A stretch of DNA of 63,764 bases, counting the filler, from Chiloscyllium plagiosum (Eukaryota), in the NCBI RefSeq assembly GCF_004010195.1. It is 8 parts of 8 records of this genome, joined end to end, with 100 filler letters (N's around TTAATTAATTAA, not from the genome) between each part and the next. Parts side by side here need not be neighbours in the genome. Positions count along the whole stretch, not along the records: positions 1 to 24,008 come from NC_057713.1; positions 24,109 to 32,527 come from NW_025213644.1; 6 more parts are not named here. One strand, written 5' to 3'. The stretch's first letter is position 1, and each line of letters begins with the position of its first letter. This document shows positions 12,801-25,808 of this stretch, one piece after another. Under the pieces are notes generated by a model. It did not search any database, was not told the DNA's origin, and was given only the letters and a program-made list of their open reading frames with translations. The position numbers and the translations under genes are program-made.

Positions 12801-14389
12801 CAGAGTTTCGTGGTTTTGTTGTCCAAGCGAGCAAGATCGGAGTATTCTACTTGATTACACTTTGTTCCTGAGGCCTATCTTGTAGCCACACGATCACCAA
12901 AATTCTATTTTTCTTTCACATTGCCTAGATTCTCATCATTAAGCAGTGTAAATATTCCAGTTTATCTTTTTCAGATTCAAAGTCAATTATTCGCATCGAA
13001 CTGCATTTGCCTTAGTTTTACCCATTCACTTAAGCAATTATTTTTCCTTTGTAATTTGCTGCTCTCATCTAGACAGTCGGCTGCGTTTAATTTGCAAATT
13101 TGGATACACAGCTCTCCACTAATACACATGGTCAAAATATGACTCAGAAAGTCCAGCACCAGATACCCAAGTAAAACAAAAGCTGTAAATTCCCATCAAA
13201 CAGAACACACCCTCATGGCAAATTCCTCACTATGTTTTGCTTTCTAATTCCAAAATAATTAGCATCCCTTGTCACCTTGAGTTTTGAATTTTACTAATAA
13301 GCTTGTGCAGAACCTCATAAAATCCCGTCAGAAAATCAATGTAAATCACATTTAAAAAAATCCTCTGTCCGCTATACTAGTCATCACCAGAAAAAAAGTC
13401 AACTAAATCGGACAGATATGACCTTTTTTTACAGAGATATGCAGATTCTCTGAGTTCATATTCCTTGAAGTGCGCGGTCAATGCTTACTCACGAAGACAG
13501 AGATCTCTCAGGAATTAATGGTAAACACATTTATAATGTCCTTACTCTTCTTTTACAGTCCAGGTTGGAATATACCAAATCGTGGAGATTCATTTTTCTG
13601 AATTCCCATTATTTCCACAATTATCCTTATTTTTAAACTAAGCCCTTCGCCCTGACATACTTTTAGGTTTCCTGGTACCCATTCATTTATTCGTGTTTTT
13701 TTTCTCCTCGACTGTGAAAATTGAAAAACAAATTAGCACTTATAGTCTCACCTGCATGTGCGTTTAATGGGCCTATAATTCCAAACTGACTGATGTCTTC
13801 CTGTTGACTTCCACTGAGCAGAATTAAATAAAGACGACAAACTAAATATATTATTAAACTAATATTACCACCACTGGTCTCCGGCAGTACTAAAACATGA
13901 TAAAATTGGGGGGAAAAACACTTGGCAGATTTGATAGCGTCTGTGGAGAGAGAATCAGAGTTAACATCTCGAGTCGAATATGTCTCTTCTTTGGAACTAA
14001 AACCAAATAGAAATATGTTAACTTTTATGTTGGCCTGGTGAGGTTCAGGAAAACTGAAAAGGATGTCTAGGATTAGACAAAGAGTGGGAGAGATAAACTA
14101 ACAAAGATGTAATGGAACAAAACTCATTGAGTGTATTTAAGATAGAAGTAGACAGGTTCTTGTTTAGTAAGGGGATCGAGGGTAATGGGGAGAAGGCAGG
14201 ACAATGGAGTTGAGAACATATCAGCTATTACTGAATTGTGGAGCAGAGTCCATGGCCCCAATAGACTAATTCTGCTCTTACATCTTACAGTTTTATCTTA
14301 CAAAATGAATGGTAATGGTGAGAGGGAGTGATAATGGCAGAATAATGAATAGTTCTGTCTCAAAGCAAAAATATGAAAGGAATATACAA

Positions 14390-14772
14390 ATCATGGTAGG
14401 GCCTTGAGTGGTATAGAACAGAGGATCCTCAGGGTGCAGGTACATAATTCTTTGAAGTTTGCATCAAATATAAACAGGATGGTCAAAATGTGTGTGGCAC
14501 ACTTGCCTTCAGTGCTCAATCTTTTGAGTAAAGGAGTTAGGAAATCACACTGAGGCCGAACAGGATATTAGTGAGGCCTCTTTGGAATATTGCACCAAAT
14601 TCTGGTCGTGTAATTATGGGAGAGATATTATCAATCTGGAGAGGGTTCAGAAGAGATTTAGCAGGATGTTGCCAGGTATGGAAGGTTTGAATTATAAGGA
14701 AAGGCTCAATGGGCTGAGACGTTTTCGCTGGAGCTTGCAAGGTTGAGAAACAACCTGATAGAAGTTAATAAA
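14390..14772 (+). mobile_element. CR1 LINE fragment
   Basis: CR1 RT 3' motifs (gtgaggcctc...ggaatattgc...gagggttcagaagagatt...aggatgttgccagg). Confidence 0.7.
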
Positions 14773-14775
14773 ATA

Positions 14776-16785
14776 GAGTCAGAGCCATGGAGATGCATAG
14801 CATGGAAGTAGACCCTTCTGTCCAATTCATCCATGCCAATCAGACAACCCAACCTAACCTAGTCCCATTTGCTATCACTTGGCCCATATCCTTCTAAACC
14901 CTTCCTGTTCATATACCATCCAAAAGGCCTTTAAATGCTGTACCAGCCTCCACCATTTCCTCAGGCCGCTCATTCTACAAACACACCACCATCTGGGTGA
15001 AAAGGTTGCCTCATTAGGTCCCTTTTAAATTTTTCCCCTCTCACCCTAAATCTATGTCCTATTGTTCTGGAATCCCCCACCCCAGGGAAATGGCATTGTT
15101 CATTTACCCTATCTCTGCCTTCATGATTTTATAAACTTCTATAAGGTCACCCCTCCAACACTCCAGGGAAAACAGCCTTTTCAACCTCTCCCTATTACTT
15201 ATACTGTACCTTTAAGAGAGAGTGAAAGCTGAAAAAGCTGGTAAATATCTGTCATGTGACTGCAGGTAGAAAGCGTACTGGACAACTTGAAGTTGTAACA
15301 TTTAAGCTGTAACTCAGATACTGAGTTATTTTCACAACAATTCGAATTTAGCTAATCAATTTAAATTATGCCTCAAGATACTAAAACCCAATCGAATTTG
15401 AATATCATGATTTTGACAATATTGAACAAATGCGATGATACAATGTTTTGAGGTATAAAAAGCAGGCATTTTCGACAATTAGTCAGAGAAAAAGAGTACC
15501 TTTTGCAATCTAATGACTGCTATTCCAAACACTCTCTCCAAAAGGTCACTTTTTCATATGAAACATCTCTGCAGCAGAAGACCAAAGATGGCCCAGGGAG
15601 ATCGACACTGCTGTCTGGCTTTGAAAATTGATTTGCTGTAAATTTAACTGGGGCTTTATCGGATCAGTATATTGTTACAGAGTGGGAGGCAGATAACAAA
15701 TTTTTAAGAGGAAGGAGGATTAGGGTTGTGAATATTTGTTGTTTAATGTTCACATTTGGAGTTAAAGAATAAAATTGCTATTTTTCTTAAATAGTGAAAT
15801 TTGGGGTAGTTCTCTGTCACTCATATTTTAACAGATTATGAGGTGAGGTGAGCTTGGTTTAATTAGCAAAAGGGTTTACCCCGCATCATAACATGTTCAA
15901 ATCCTGCAACTCTGGCAACATCCTTGTAAATCTTTTCTGAATCCTTTCAAATTTCACAGCATCCTTCTGATAAAAGGGAGACCAGAATTGCACATAATAT
16001 TTCAAAAGTGGCCTAACCAATGTCCTGTACAGCTGCAACATGACCTTCCAACTCCTATACTCAATGCTCTGACCAATAAAGGAAAGCATATCAAACACCA
16101 TCTTCACTATCCTATCTACCTGTGACTCCACTTTCAAGTAAATTTGAACCTGCACTCCAAGGTCTCCTTGTTCAGCAACATTCCCCAGGATGTTACCATT
16201 AAATGTATGAGTCCAGGCCTGATTTACCTTTCCAAACTGCAGCACCTCACATTTATCTAAACTAAACTCATCTGCCACTCCTCAACCCATTGGCCCATCT
16301 GACCAAGATCCTGTTGTACTCTGAAGTAACCTTCTTTGCTGTCCACTACACCTCCAATTTTACTGTAATCTGGAAACTTATTAACTATATCTCCTACGTT
16401 CACATCCAAATCATTTATACAAATGACAAAAAGCAGTGGACCCAGCACCAATCCTAGTGGCACACCACTGATCACAGGCTTTCAGTCTGAAAAGCAACCA
16501 TCCACCACCACCCTCTGTCTTCTACCTTTGAGCCAGTTCTGTATGCAAATGGCCAGTTCTCCCTTCACTGCATGTGAGTTAACCTTGATAACCAGTCTAC
16601 CATGAGGAACCTTGTTGAAAGCCTTACGGAAGTCCATATAGATCATTTTCACTGCTCTGCCCTCTTCCTTACTTCTTCAAAAAAACTCAATCAAGTTTGT
16701 GAGACATGATTTCCCACACACAAAACCATGTTGACTATCCCTAATCAGCCTTTGCCTATCTAAATACATGTAAATCGTATCCCTC
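14776..16785 (-). mobile_element. CR1 (HER1-like) LINE interrupted by an LTR-like insertion
   Basis: Tail at about 14776 and RT ORFs 15886-16278 and 16257-16475. The CR1 sequence breaks at about 15192 and resumes colinearly at 15894. Confidence 0.85.
15193..15893 (+). mobile_element. Putative solo LTR (Gypsy-type termini)
   Basis: About 700-bp insert splitting a CR1; starts TATTAC (TGTTAC-like) and ends ATAACA; TATAAAAA at 15454 and AATAAA at 15768. Confidence 0.55.
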
Positions 16786-17133
16786 AGTGTTTAAATCACC
16801 ATACTCCGGTGTGTATATTAGTAACGGAAATCATATGCTAAAAAACAGTAAGACAAAGTGCGCTTTTATTTAATTCATGGATCATGCCGTGGCAAGAGGA
16901 AAAAAAATATAATGGAGGACTGAAGTCATAACCTGAAACTGTTGAAGAATATGGTCTCCTCCTGTGAGGTCAGTAATTCCATGACTCCTCCCACTGTTGT
17001 GATGATCCAGGTTCCAACTAGAGGCAGATCACACTGGCCGACCGGGTCGGAGTCACTTCCTTCAGACTGTCAGTGCCCTCCAGTGGGACTAGGCGCAAGA
17101 CGTTCTATGCAAAAAGCTCCGGATTGGGACAGT

Positions 17134-17173
17134 ATGTCACTTTATTTCGTCCTGGCGGTCACCCTGATATCTT
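17134..17173 (+). CDS. TRGV: Leader exon of TCR V gene 2 (MSLYFVLAVTLIS, phase 1)
   Basis: ATG at 17134, hydrophobic peptide, GTAAGT donor at 17174; same 40-nt length as the V1 leader. Confidence 0.85.
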
Positions 17174-17354
17174 GTAAGTTTGCTACAAGAAAATTAAACC
17201 GTTTTGACTATTCACTCTGACACGGCATCGTTGAATGTGTACTCCATTCTATCCATGTTGGTTCTCTTATGAACTGCGGTATGATGAATTGTAAACACTA
17301 ACACCAACGGCATGGGTCTCTCTGATGAAAATAATTCTGTGTTTGTGTTTCCAG

Positions 17355-17652
17355 CTGCTGGTGAAGCCCTCGTCACCTTGAAGCAGGTTTTATCGCTCAC
17401 CCGGGCCACGGGGATGACGGCACGATTCATCTGTCAGATTGAAGGGTTGGATAACATAGCATCCCAACCCATCTACTGGTACCAGCAGAAAAACACAGTC
17501 ATTCGCGGGATAGGCGTTCTCCGGTCCCAGCAACTCACCTGGCTTCACACCGACTTCAACTCCCGATTCAATCTCGAAGTTGTGGAAAGTTCCACCCTTC
17601 TTATCATCAATGACATTGTACTGAGCGACACAGCTATCTACTACTGCGCTGT
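17355..17652 (+). CDS. TRGV: TCR variable exon 2, probably a divergent gamma family (intact)
   Basis: After TTTCCAG: ..LVTLKQVLSLTRATGMTARFIC..PIYWYQQ..IVLSDTAIYYCA. V-gamma-like FR1, same orientation and contig as V1, perfect 23-RSS. The gamma assignment is inferred. Confidence 0.7.
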
Positions 17653-17691
17653 CACAGTGCTTTGGTTGTGTTAAAACTTCGTACAAAAACC
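17653..17691 (+). promoter_or_regulatory. Consensus 23-RSS of V2
   Basis: CACAGTG, 23 nt, ACAAAAACC. Confidence 0.95.
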
Positions 17692-18029
17692 TTTTGTTTT
17701 CTCAAGCTGAAGAAAGACGTTCCTACAGTTTATTGATCTATCAGCAATCACCCTACCCCCATCCCCAAAACGCAGATGTGGAATAATGGTAGTTCTGAAA
17801 GGGATTTCCTCCTTTCCATTCCCAAACCACAGAGCCAATTCCTCCATCCAGTGGCCGGATAAGCCATAGTTTGTTCAGCATAATACCTGGGACACATGAG
17901 TTCACGCTACAGATACCTTGTGCATTGTGACAAGTTGTTGGTTTTCCTCCACCCACCATCCTCCTCCTTCGCAACGCAAAGAGCAAGGAGCATCCACATA
18001 CAGCAAATGGCAATGACCATTTCCAGCAG

Positions 18030-18750
18030 GAGAGAGAATTTAACCATCGAGCCTTGACATTCAATGGCATTGCCATCAATGAATCCGCCATTTTGTGGGG
18101 CTTATCATTAATCAAGAAGTGATCAGGTTAAAGGCTATACTAAAAACAGTCTCGCAAAACTGGAATCCAAAGGAATGAGAGGGAAAACTCTCCACTGGTT
18201 GGAGTCATATAAAGGATAATGGTAGTGGTTGTTGGAGGTCAGTCATCTCAGCTACTGGATATCTCTGCAGAAGCTCTTCAGTGTAGAGTCCTTGAACTAA
18301 TCATCTTCAGGTATTTCATCAATTACCTTCCCTCCATCATAAGTCTGAAGTGGTGATGATTGCTGATGACTGCAAAGTGCTGAGGACCATTTGCAAATCT
18401 TCAGGTACTGAAGCAGCCCCTGGGCAAGTCACTTTTGCACCCAGCCCCCATGCCAATCAATGACCACCTCCGAAAGGCAAAATTGACTTGATTGGCACCA
18501 CATTTACAAACATTCATTCTCCACCTCTGATCCACAATCACAGCATTCTGAACCATCTACAAGATGCACTGTAGACATCATCAAATTTCCTTAGACAATA
18601 CCTTCCAAACTCATGATTGCTACCATCTAAAAGGGCAAAAGCAGTACATAATTGGGAATACCACACCTGCAAAGTCCTCTCCAAAACACTCACCATCCTG
18701 ACTTTGTAATATATTGTTTTGTCTTCATTTTTCACTGGGTCAAGAGGCCG
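18030..18750 (+). mobile_element. Decayed CR1/L2-clade LINE fragments
   Basis: ggaatgagagggaaaactctccactggttggagtcata...catcttcag...ttcatcaat.accttccctccatcat is RT-like; boundaries approximate. Confidence 0.5.
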
Positions 18751-19959
18751 GAATGCCCATGTAGAACAGACACTTTGCATTGGCCTTTTGTTGGTTGGAC
18801 CAATATTCTTTTGCCCTTATCTAAGTATCCTTCAGAAGGTAGAGATGAGCTGCCTTCTTGAATCATTGTATTCCATTTTGAGAATTCACAATTTAGTTAG
18901 GGAGGGCATTCCAGGGTTACATTTGCATTTAGAATAAAAAAAGTTAGAGTCTAGGCTAACTACTTAAAATATTTTGAGGCAGTCTGGTCTGGTCCACAAC
19001 AATTCCCTTTTGACATTATTAATCATCTAGAGTTGCATGACGTGTTCTTAGTTTTATTATATGTTATTTAAAAAGGCTCTTCTTTATAGTTAACCTGCAT
19101 TTATTGCCTAAAACCTTAAATCTGTGGCTCCAAGTTTTTTTACAATCACCTAAGCAAACAGCTATTAGTGTGTGATTCAAAGTATATATGCCAGATATCC
19201 CAAAGACTAGAGGATCATATCAATCAAAATATACCTTTGGCTGTTCACAACACGCATGGTACCAGCCATTCTCAACCAGCCCACAGTTGCTTTGATAATT
19301 ATTCTCTCAGTCTGTCCTGAAATCTTCAAAGATTTATGTAGATAAAATCCAAGTCCCTCTGTTTCAGTGAACCCTTTAAATTGGTGCCTTTATGTCTCGA
19401 TGACCTCTTGCTAACCCTTGTGCCAAAAATTCACACTTCTCTTTATAAACTGTACTAAATTCCATTTCACAACATTCAGCATATTCCACCTTGTTTCTAT
19501 CATACATTCAAAGATAGCATCATTAGCAAATTTTGCAAAGTTACTATGTATTCCTATATCATATAGGTATCAAAAAGACGGTTATACCAGCTCTGACTGT
19601 CAACTATTCTCAAGTTGGGTGTTGCCACAATCACAGATTTGTGAGCAACTGGATTCAATGGCATAGTCATGATGTAATAAATCACAATTCCCTCTTTTAG
19701 AATTTAGTTGATACATTTTTACATTGTTAATTTTAATTCAAGCCTCAAAACCTCCTTTATGCTGTCACAATTGATGCAATTTCTTGATCTTTGATTTTTT
19801 TTTCTAGTATTTTTCCCAGACTCAGGAAGTGTTGCAGCACTTTATTTCTTTTTAATTGGGAGGACCACAGACCCAGTTTAAATGTGAATGAATTTGCAGC
19901 ACTGGTCATATGTGCTAGGTTTCTACTCTTTCCCTTCCATTCACAGGTCAGCTTGATAT

Positions 19960-20120
19960 GATTAGATTAGATTAGATTCTTTACAGTATGGAAACAGGCC
20001 CTTTGGCCCCACAAGCCCACACCGACCCTCTGAACAGTAACCCACCCAGACCCTTCCCCTACCCTATGTTTACCCCTAAATAATGCACCTAACACTATGG
20101 GCAATTTCGCATGGCCAATT
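19960..20120 (-). mobile_element. HE1-like SINE, 3' part
   Basis: (ATTAG)n tail followed by ggaaacaggccctttggccc..aagcccacaccgaccctc. Confidence 0.7.
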
Positions 20121-20445
20121 TTTGCTTGTCAGGAATCCAATGTTGAACAACTGTGCACTGTCTCACAGCTCATTGTGCTTTTCATTCCTTCTTTTAAGAA
20201 AAGTGATGATTTCAGACCTAAAAATCTTTGTAGGACCTTTGTTCAACTTAAGCAGCACTCATCAGCAAGGAATATTGATTAACAATGGGCAGCATTGAGT
20301 TTGTTGTAAGAATTTCAACAAATGGTGCTGCAGGGGTCTTGCTCAAATCCAGTTTACAATCTTAATGGCATCTTTCGTTATACACAAAAAGTCCAACATT
20401 TTACTTTTTAGTATTTGTGATGAATTATACTGTAGTAAATTTTGT

Positions 20446-20775
20446 GGGCGGCACGGTAGCACAGTGGTTAGCACTGCTGCCTCACAGCGCCGGAGACCCG
20501 GGTCCCGCCTCAGGCGACTGACTGTGTGGAGTTTGCACATTCTCCCCGTGTCTGCGTGGGTTTCCTCCGGGTGCTCCGGTTTCCTCCCACAGTCCAAAGA
20601 TGTGCAGGTCAGGTGAATTGGCCATGCTAAATTGCCCGCAGTGTTAGGTAAGGGGTAAATGTAAGGGGTGAGTGGGTTTCGCTTCGGCGGGGCAGTGTGG
20701 ACTTGTTGGGCCAAAGGGCCTGTTTCCACACTGTAATGTAATGTAATGTAATGTAATGTAATGTAATGTAATCTA
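20446..20775 (+). mobile_element. Full-length young HE1-like SINE with (TGTAA)n tail
   Basis: GGGCGGCACGGTAGCACAGTGGTTAGCACTGCTGCCTCACAGCGCC.. through GGGCCTGTTTCCACACTG, then about 8 TGTAA repeats. Confidence 0.9.
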
Positions 20776-20937
20776 AATAACAAAAGAGGGCTAATCATGA
20801 CCATTTCTGCAAAATGCAACAAAATTCAAATTCATGTCAAGTATGGCTGGTGCACCATCTGTTGTGAAAGAAACCAATTTCTTGATTGGAACTTTTTTTT
20901 TCAAGAGTGCGCCTTTTGAATTCAGCGTAGATGCCAT

Positions 20938-21192
20938 GTGCGGCACGGTAGCACAGTGCAGTTAGCACTGCTGCCTCACAGCACCAGAGACCCGGGTTCA
21001 ATTCCCACCTCAGGCGACTGACTGTGTGGAGTTTGCACATTCTCCCCGTCTCTGCATGGGTTTCCTGCGGGTGCTCTGGTTTCCTCCCACAATCTAAAAT
21101 GTGCAAGTTAGGCGAATTAGCCATGCTAAATTGCCTGTAGTGTTAGGTGTGGGCAGAAGGGCCTGTTTCCACACTGTAAGTAATCTAATCTA
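20938..21192 (+). mobile_element. HE1-like SINE, internally deleted
   Basis: Same head and core as the 20446 copy; (TAATC)n tail. Confidence 0.85.
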
Positions 21193-23044
21193 CCCAACCC
21201 TGGACCTCTCTTTAAGGGTCAAAGGAGTGAGATGATCCTCTTTTGTTGTCATATCCTTAAAAACTATGCATATGAGAAGAATTAGCTGGGCTGTTTCGGT
21301 CATGTTGATAGATTCACCAAATTACAGTGAGAAGTGTTCACAGATCCTGCTGAAGTTGCTGAAAGCTGTGTTAAGACAAAGATTCTTCTCTCTTGCTACT
21401 GTGAAATCATCAGGTGACAAGATCTGGAGACATTATTATTTCTTCTTTGTTCTTAAAGCCTTTAAATAAAGAGTCAATGCCCACAGTCATTGCTTCTTTG
21501 ATTACTCTGCCATCTGCAATGATTTCCTCTGTTTCTCCAGAAAATGGGGAGTGAAAAATAATGCTTCAGTGCAAGCCTTATCCTTTGCTGCTGATTTAGA
21601 AAAAAAACAGTTCACCGTACAAAAGCACTTTCAGTTCATCAACTTTCTTTGTCTCAAGCATATTACTTAATAGAAATCTATCCTTGAGTCACATGTACCA
21701 TTATTGCATGTCATTCCATATGTTCCCTTTTACTTAGCAATATACTTTAGTGACATAGAAAGCAAATTTTCCTTTTATGTTAGTAATTGTGAACTAGAAT
21801 TCTGCTTCCCATTCCAAATTTTCCTTTTTATTTAGCAATATACTTGGTGATCGAGAAAGCAAATTTTCCTTTTTTTTATCCGTTGAATAAAAATTCATCT
21901 TCCCATTCCAGCTGGAAATATATTTTGATTTCTTTTTACATGGTCCATGTTAAGCACACATCATTATATCTTCACGTCTAGTTCATGATACCACTTTACC
22001 ACTGGTCACACTGCAGGTCAACCTCTCGATCTGTGCTTCTGGATCATTCAGAATTTTGCTTGATACTTTAAAGTGTAAAGCATGCAGGGTCACTTTTGTG
22101 GTTGTGGTTTATTTCAGGACCCTAAATTGGCTTGCAATGTGCAGATATTGGATGTGAGGTATAGCAGTGTTCCTCATAATTTTTCTTCACCCTTCACGGA
22201 CCAATTAGATAAGCAGCAGAAGAAGGTCATTGCAGGTCTATAGAGATTGAGCAGAGGGACAGGATTAGCTGAACATCTCTCATAGACAATTCACATGGAC
22301 ATGATGTGATTATACACACATTGATCCTAATATATTTCTTATTCATTTGTTTGCATTGCCATCTCAACACTTACTTTACCTTGCAATGGTCATCTATCCG
22401 GACCAAAAAAGAAACACAATGCAACAAGTTGACAAAACCTGTGAAAAGTACACACTTTTCTCTAGTTGTGTAGTTTCTGGAAATGGAAGTCATGAAGTGG
22501 CATGGTGATCAACATGCAGATGGTAAGAAATGTGGCAGAGGATGTTATCAACTGTCAGAGACATACTCACTGAAGGAAAGTGCGCAGGTAGTGAAATTGA
22601 CTGTCATAGACTCAGTGATTGATCAATCAAATGTAATCTATGTGTTGGAGACCACAGTTCACAGACAGCCAATGGTTTAAAAGGCTGAATGACTTCTTTC
22701 TGTGTCTTAATCTCATAATGATTTGATGACTGTCTGACTCATTAAAACCACTACTGACAGTTGACAGACTGGGGCTGCAGCACATAGTAAAAGAATGAAT
22801 ACAAAGAAAATCTCTTTTTTCACTTTGCACTTGCTAATTAAAGAGTTAGGAGAAAGTAGGACTGCAGATGCTGGAGATCAGAGAAAAAACAGTGTCATGC
22901 TGGAGAAGCACAGCCAGTCAGGCAGAATCTGAGAAGGAGGAGAGTTGACATTTCAAACATGAGCTCTTCATCAGAAACATCAACTCTCCTGCTCCTCAGA
23001 TGCTGCCCGATTAAAGAGTTAGTTATTTCTAACTTTAAGAGTTA

Positions 23045-23295
23045 GGGGTGGCACAGTGGCTCAGTGGTTAGCACTGCTACCTCACAGGGCCAGGGACCTG
23101 AGTTTGATTCCCACCTCAGGTAACTGTCTGTGTGGAGTTTGTGTGTTCTCCCTGTGTCTGTGTGGTTTCCTCCGGGTGCTCCAGTTTCCTCTCATAATCC
23201 AAAGATGTGCAGGTCAGGTGAATTGGCCATGCTAAATTGTCCATAGTGTTAGGTGCATTGGTCAGCATTAAATGTAGGGGAATGTGTCTGGGTGG
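23045..23295 (+). mobile_element. HE1-like SINE, 3'-truncated by a CR1 insertion
   Basis: SINE head and core, then an abrupt switch to a (GACAATA)n CR1 tail. Confidence 0.8.
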
Positions 23296-24008
23296 ACAAT
23301 AGACAATAGACAATAGGTGCAGGAGTAGGCCATTCAGCCCTTCGAGCCTGCACAGCCATTCAATATAATCATGGCTGATCATTCCTAATCAGTATCCTGT
23401 TCCTACCTTATCTCCATAACCCTTGATTCCACTATCTTTGAGAGCTCTATCCAACTCTTTCTTAAATGAATCCAGAGAGTGGGCCTCCACTGCCCTCTGG
23501 GGCAGAGCATTCCACACAGCCACCACTCTCTAGGTGAAGAAGTTTCTCCTGAGCTCTGTCCTAAATGGTCTACCCCTTATTTTTAAGCTGTGTCCTCTGG
23601 TTCGGCACCCACCCATCAGTGGAAATATGTTTCCTACTGCCAGAGTGCCCAATCCTTTCATAATCTTATACGTCTCAATCAGATCCCCTCTCAATCTTCA
23701 AAACTCAAGGGTATACAAGCCCAGTCACTTCAGTCTCTCAGTCTAAGGTAATCCTGCCATTCCAGGAATTGACCTCAATAGAATGTCTTTTCTCAAATTT
23801 GGAGACCAGAACTGCACACAGTACTCCAATTGTGGTCTCACCAGGGCCCTGTACAGCGGCAGAAACACCTCTTTGCTTCCATACTCAATTCCTCTTGTTA
23901 TGAAGGCCAGCATGCTATTAGCCTTCTTCACTACCTGCTGTACCTGCATGCTTACCTTCATTGACTGGTGTACAAGAACACCCAGATCTCTCTGTACTGC
24001 CCCCTTAC
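23296..24008 (-). mobile_element. CR1 LINE, 3' part
   Basis: Minus ORF 23743-23961 (KKANSMLAFI..RPQLEYCVQFWSP); tail at 23296. Confidence 0.85.
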
Positions 24009-24108
24009 NNNNNNNNNNNNNNNNNNNNNNNNNNNNNNNNNNNNNNNNNNNNTTAATTAATTAANNNNNNNNNNNNNNNNNNNNNNNNNNNNNNNNNNNN
24101 NNNNNNNN
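24009..24108. other. Artificial 100-bp contig linker; identical linkers at 32528-32627, 47996-48095, 52218-52317, 57705-57804, 61002-61101 and 62637-62736
   Basis: N44-TTAATTAATTAA-N44 in all seven cases; the core puts stop codons in all six frames. Confidence 0.97.
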
Positions 24109-25642
24109 CTGTACTGCACCGTAATGTTCTATATTCTATATTTCAGATGGACATATGATCTCAATCCCTTTCACTCATTTACACTCCTGCCGCCCTGCAC
24201 CTGGCCCATGGTGAATCTGGCCCTGACTGGACCTGGCACCATCATTTTCACAATCTCTGACAAAAGCCCACTACCCAAGACATGACCTCAGCCCTTGATC
24301 ACTGACCTCTCATCTGACCCAAGTGAACCTGTGCACATTGCATCCTAGCTCCTTTCGCATCTGTGCTTTACAACCTACCATTTTGCCAGACTCCGAGCTT
24401 TGAATTTTGACAACACGTCCCTCTGTCACTTCATTACAGTGACCTTCCACCCCCGAAACATCCTGGCACTCTGCCCGCCTCTACACTAACCAGCCTGACA
24501 TCCTGTCCACCTCTCCATAAACCTGACTGGCAAAGACAGACCTACTGCATCTCAGCTCAAACTACCCCTCACCTACCAAGCACAATTCGACCTAATTATC
24601 CTGTGACCATTACCATTTGCCTTGATGCCACCTTGCCAGACAGAGTGCATGCAAGCTTACCCAGCAGCCAGCCAACACCTCACAGCCTACCAGCCCAAAC
24701 TCTCCTACATGCCCAATCTAGCCCCTCACTTGCTCACCACCTCCCAACTTTGAGCGTACTCCACCATAAAGTCAGTGAGTCATAAAGTCGTACAGCACAG
24801 AAACAGTTCCTTTGGTCCAGCTCATCCATGCTGACCAGAGTTTCCAAATTAAACTAATTCCACTTGCCTGCATTTGGCCCATATCCATCCAGACAGATCC
24901 AGTTCCTGGAGCTGTTCAAATGTCTTCTTAATATTGGACCTATCTCAGCATTTACCATTTCCTCTGGCAGTTCATTCCAATGTTTTGGACAGTTACAACA
25001 TGAAGCCCTAACTCCTGCACTCAGTGTTCTGACCAATGAAGGTACATGTGTCAAACACCTTCAACGCACTAGCTACTTGAGACAACGCTTTCAAGAATCT
25101 ATGCGTCTTGAATCTATGAATTTCTGTGGTGGAGAATTCCAAAAGAATTCACCATTCTTTTGTTGAACAGTAAACAATCAGGTTCAATGTTATCGGTGTG
25201 TTGGGAAGACTGGTGAGCAGCAAGATTACTGATGATCCCATGAATGGAATAGCCTTCTGGAGAGGCCGAGATGCCTTCTTCAGCTTCCAGTTTGACATGT
25301 CCCTTCGGCAGCATGTTCCAAAATTCTGATCCTTGAGGATAAGGGCGCGCATGCATGTAAAGTTCTCCTCCAAATCAGACTTCAACTTGACTCTCAACTA
25401 TTTCCCTGCCCGTTTCCTCTTCCTCAATCACAGCCATGGGACTCACTTCCTAACAGCGCTGTGAATGTGCTAATACCACACAAACTTCAGCAATTTAAAT
25501 AGGCTGATGATAACTGGTTTCTCAAGGCGATATAAAAAGTCGGACACTTCCACACCTGTCTAGAGACTCAAACAACCACTGGAAGAATTGAAAACTATTT
25601 GAGGCACTTCTGTGTTGACACAAGATGACATGGCTTCCTTTT

Positions 25643-25808
25643 TTAAAAATCACACAACACCAGGTTATAGTCCAACAGATTTAATTGGAAGCAATCTAGC
25701 TTTCGGAGCGACGCTCCACTATCACCTGATGAAGGAGCGTCGCTCCGAAAGCTAGTGTGCTTCCAATTAAACCTGTTGGACTATAACCTCGTGTTGTGTG
25801 ATTTTTAA
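25643..25808. repeat. Long near-perfect palindrome, probably a Penelope-derived hairpin element
   Basis: TTAAAAATCACACAACACCAGGTTATAGTCCAACAG..GGAGCGACGCTCC / GGAGCGTCGCTCC..CTGTTGGACTATAACC..GTGTTGTGTGATTTTTAA; arms about 75 bp. Confidence 0.8.

Noticed and set aside
20446-20520. tRNA gene
   Set aside because: tRNA-like A/B boxes are the head of an HE1-type SINE repeated many times in the window.
21724-21910. Imperfect tandem duplication of about 95 bp
   Set aside because: AT-rich with no coding or RSS features; ordinary local duplication.
17700-24008. TCR-gamma J or C segments after V2
   Set aside because: No FGxG J with a 12-RSS and no C exon seen by eye; the region is mostly SINE and LINE sequence.
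24053-24064. TTAATTAATTAA motif recurring seven times
   Set aside because: Always centred in 44+44 Ns; an assembly linker, not a biological repeat or array.
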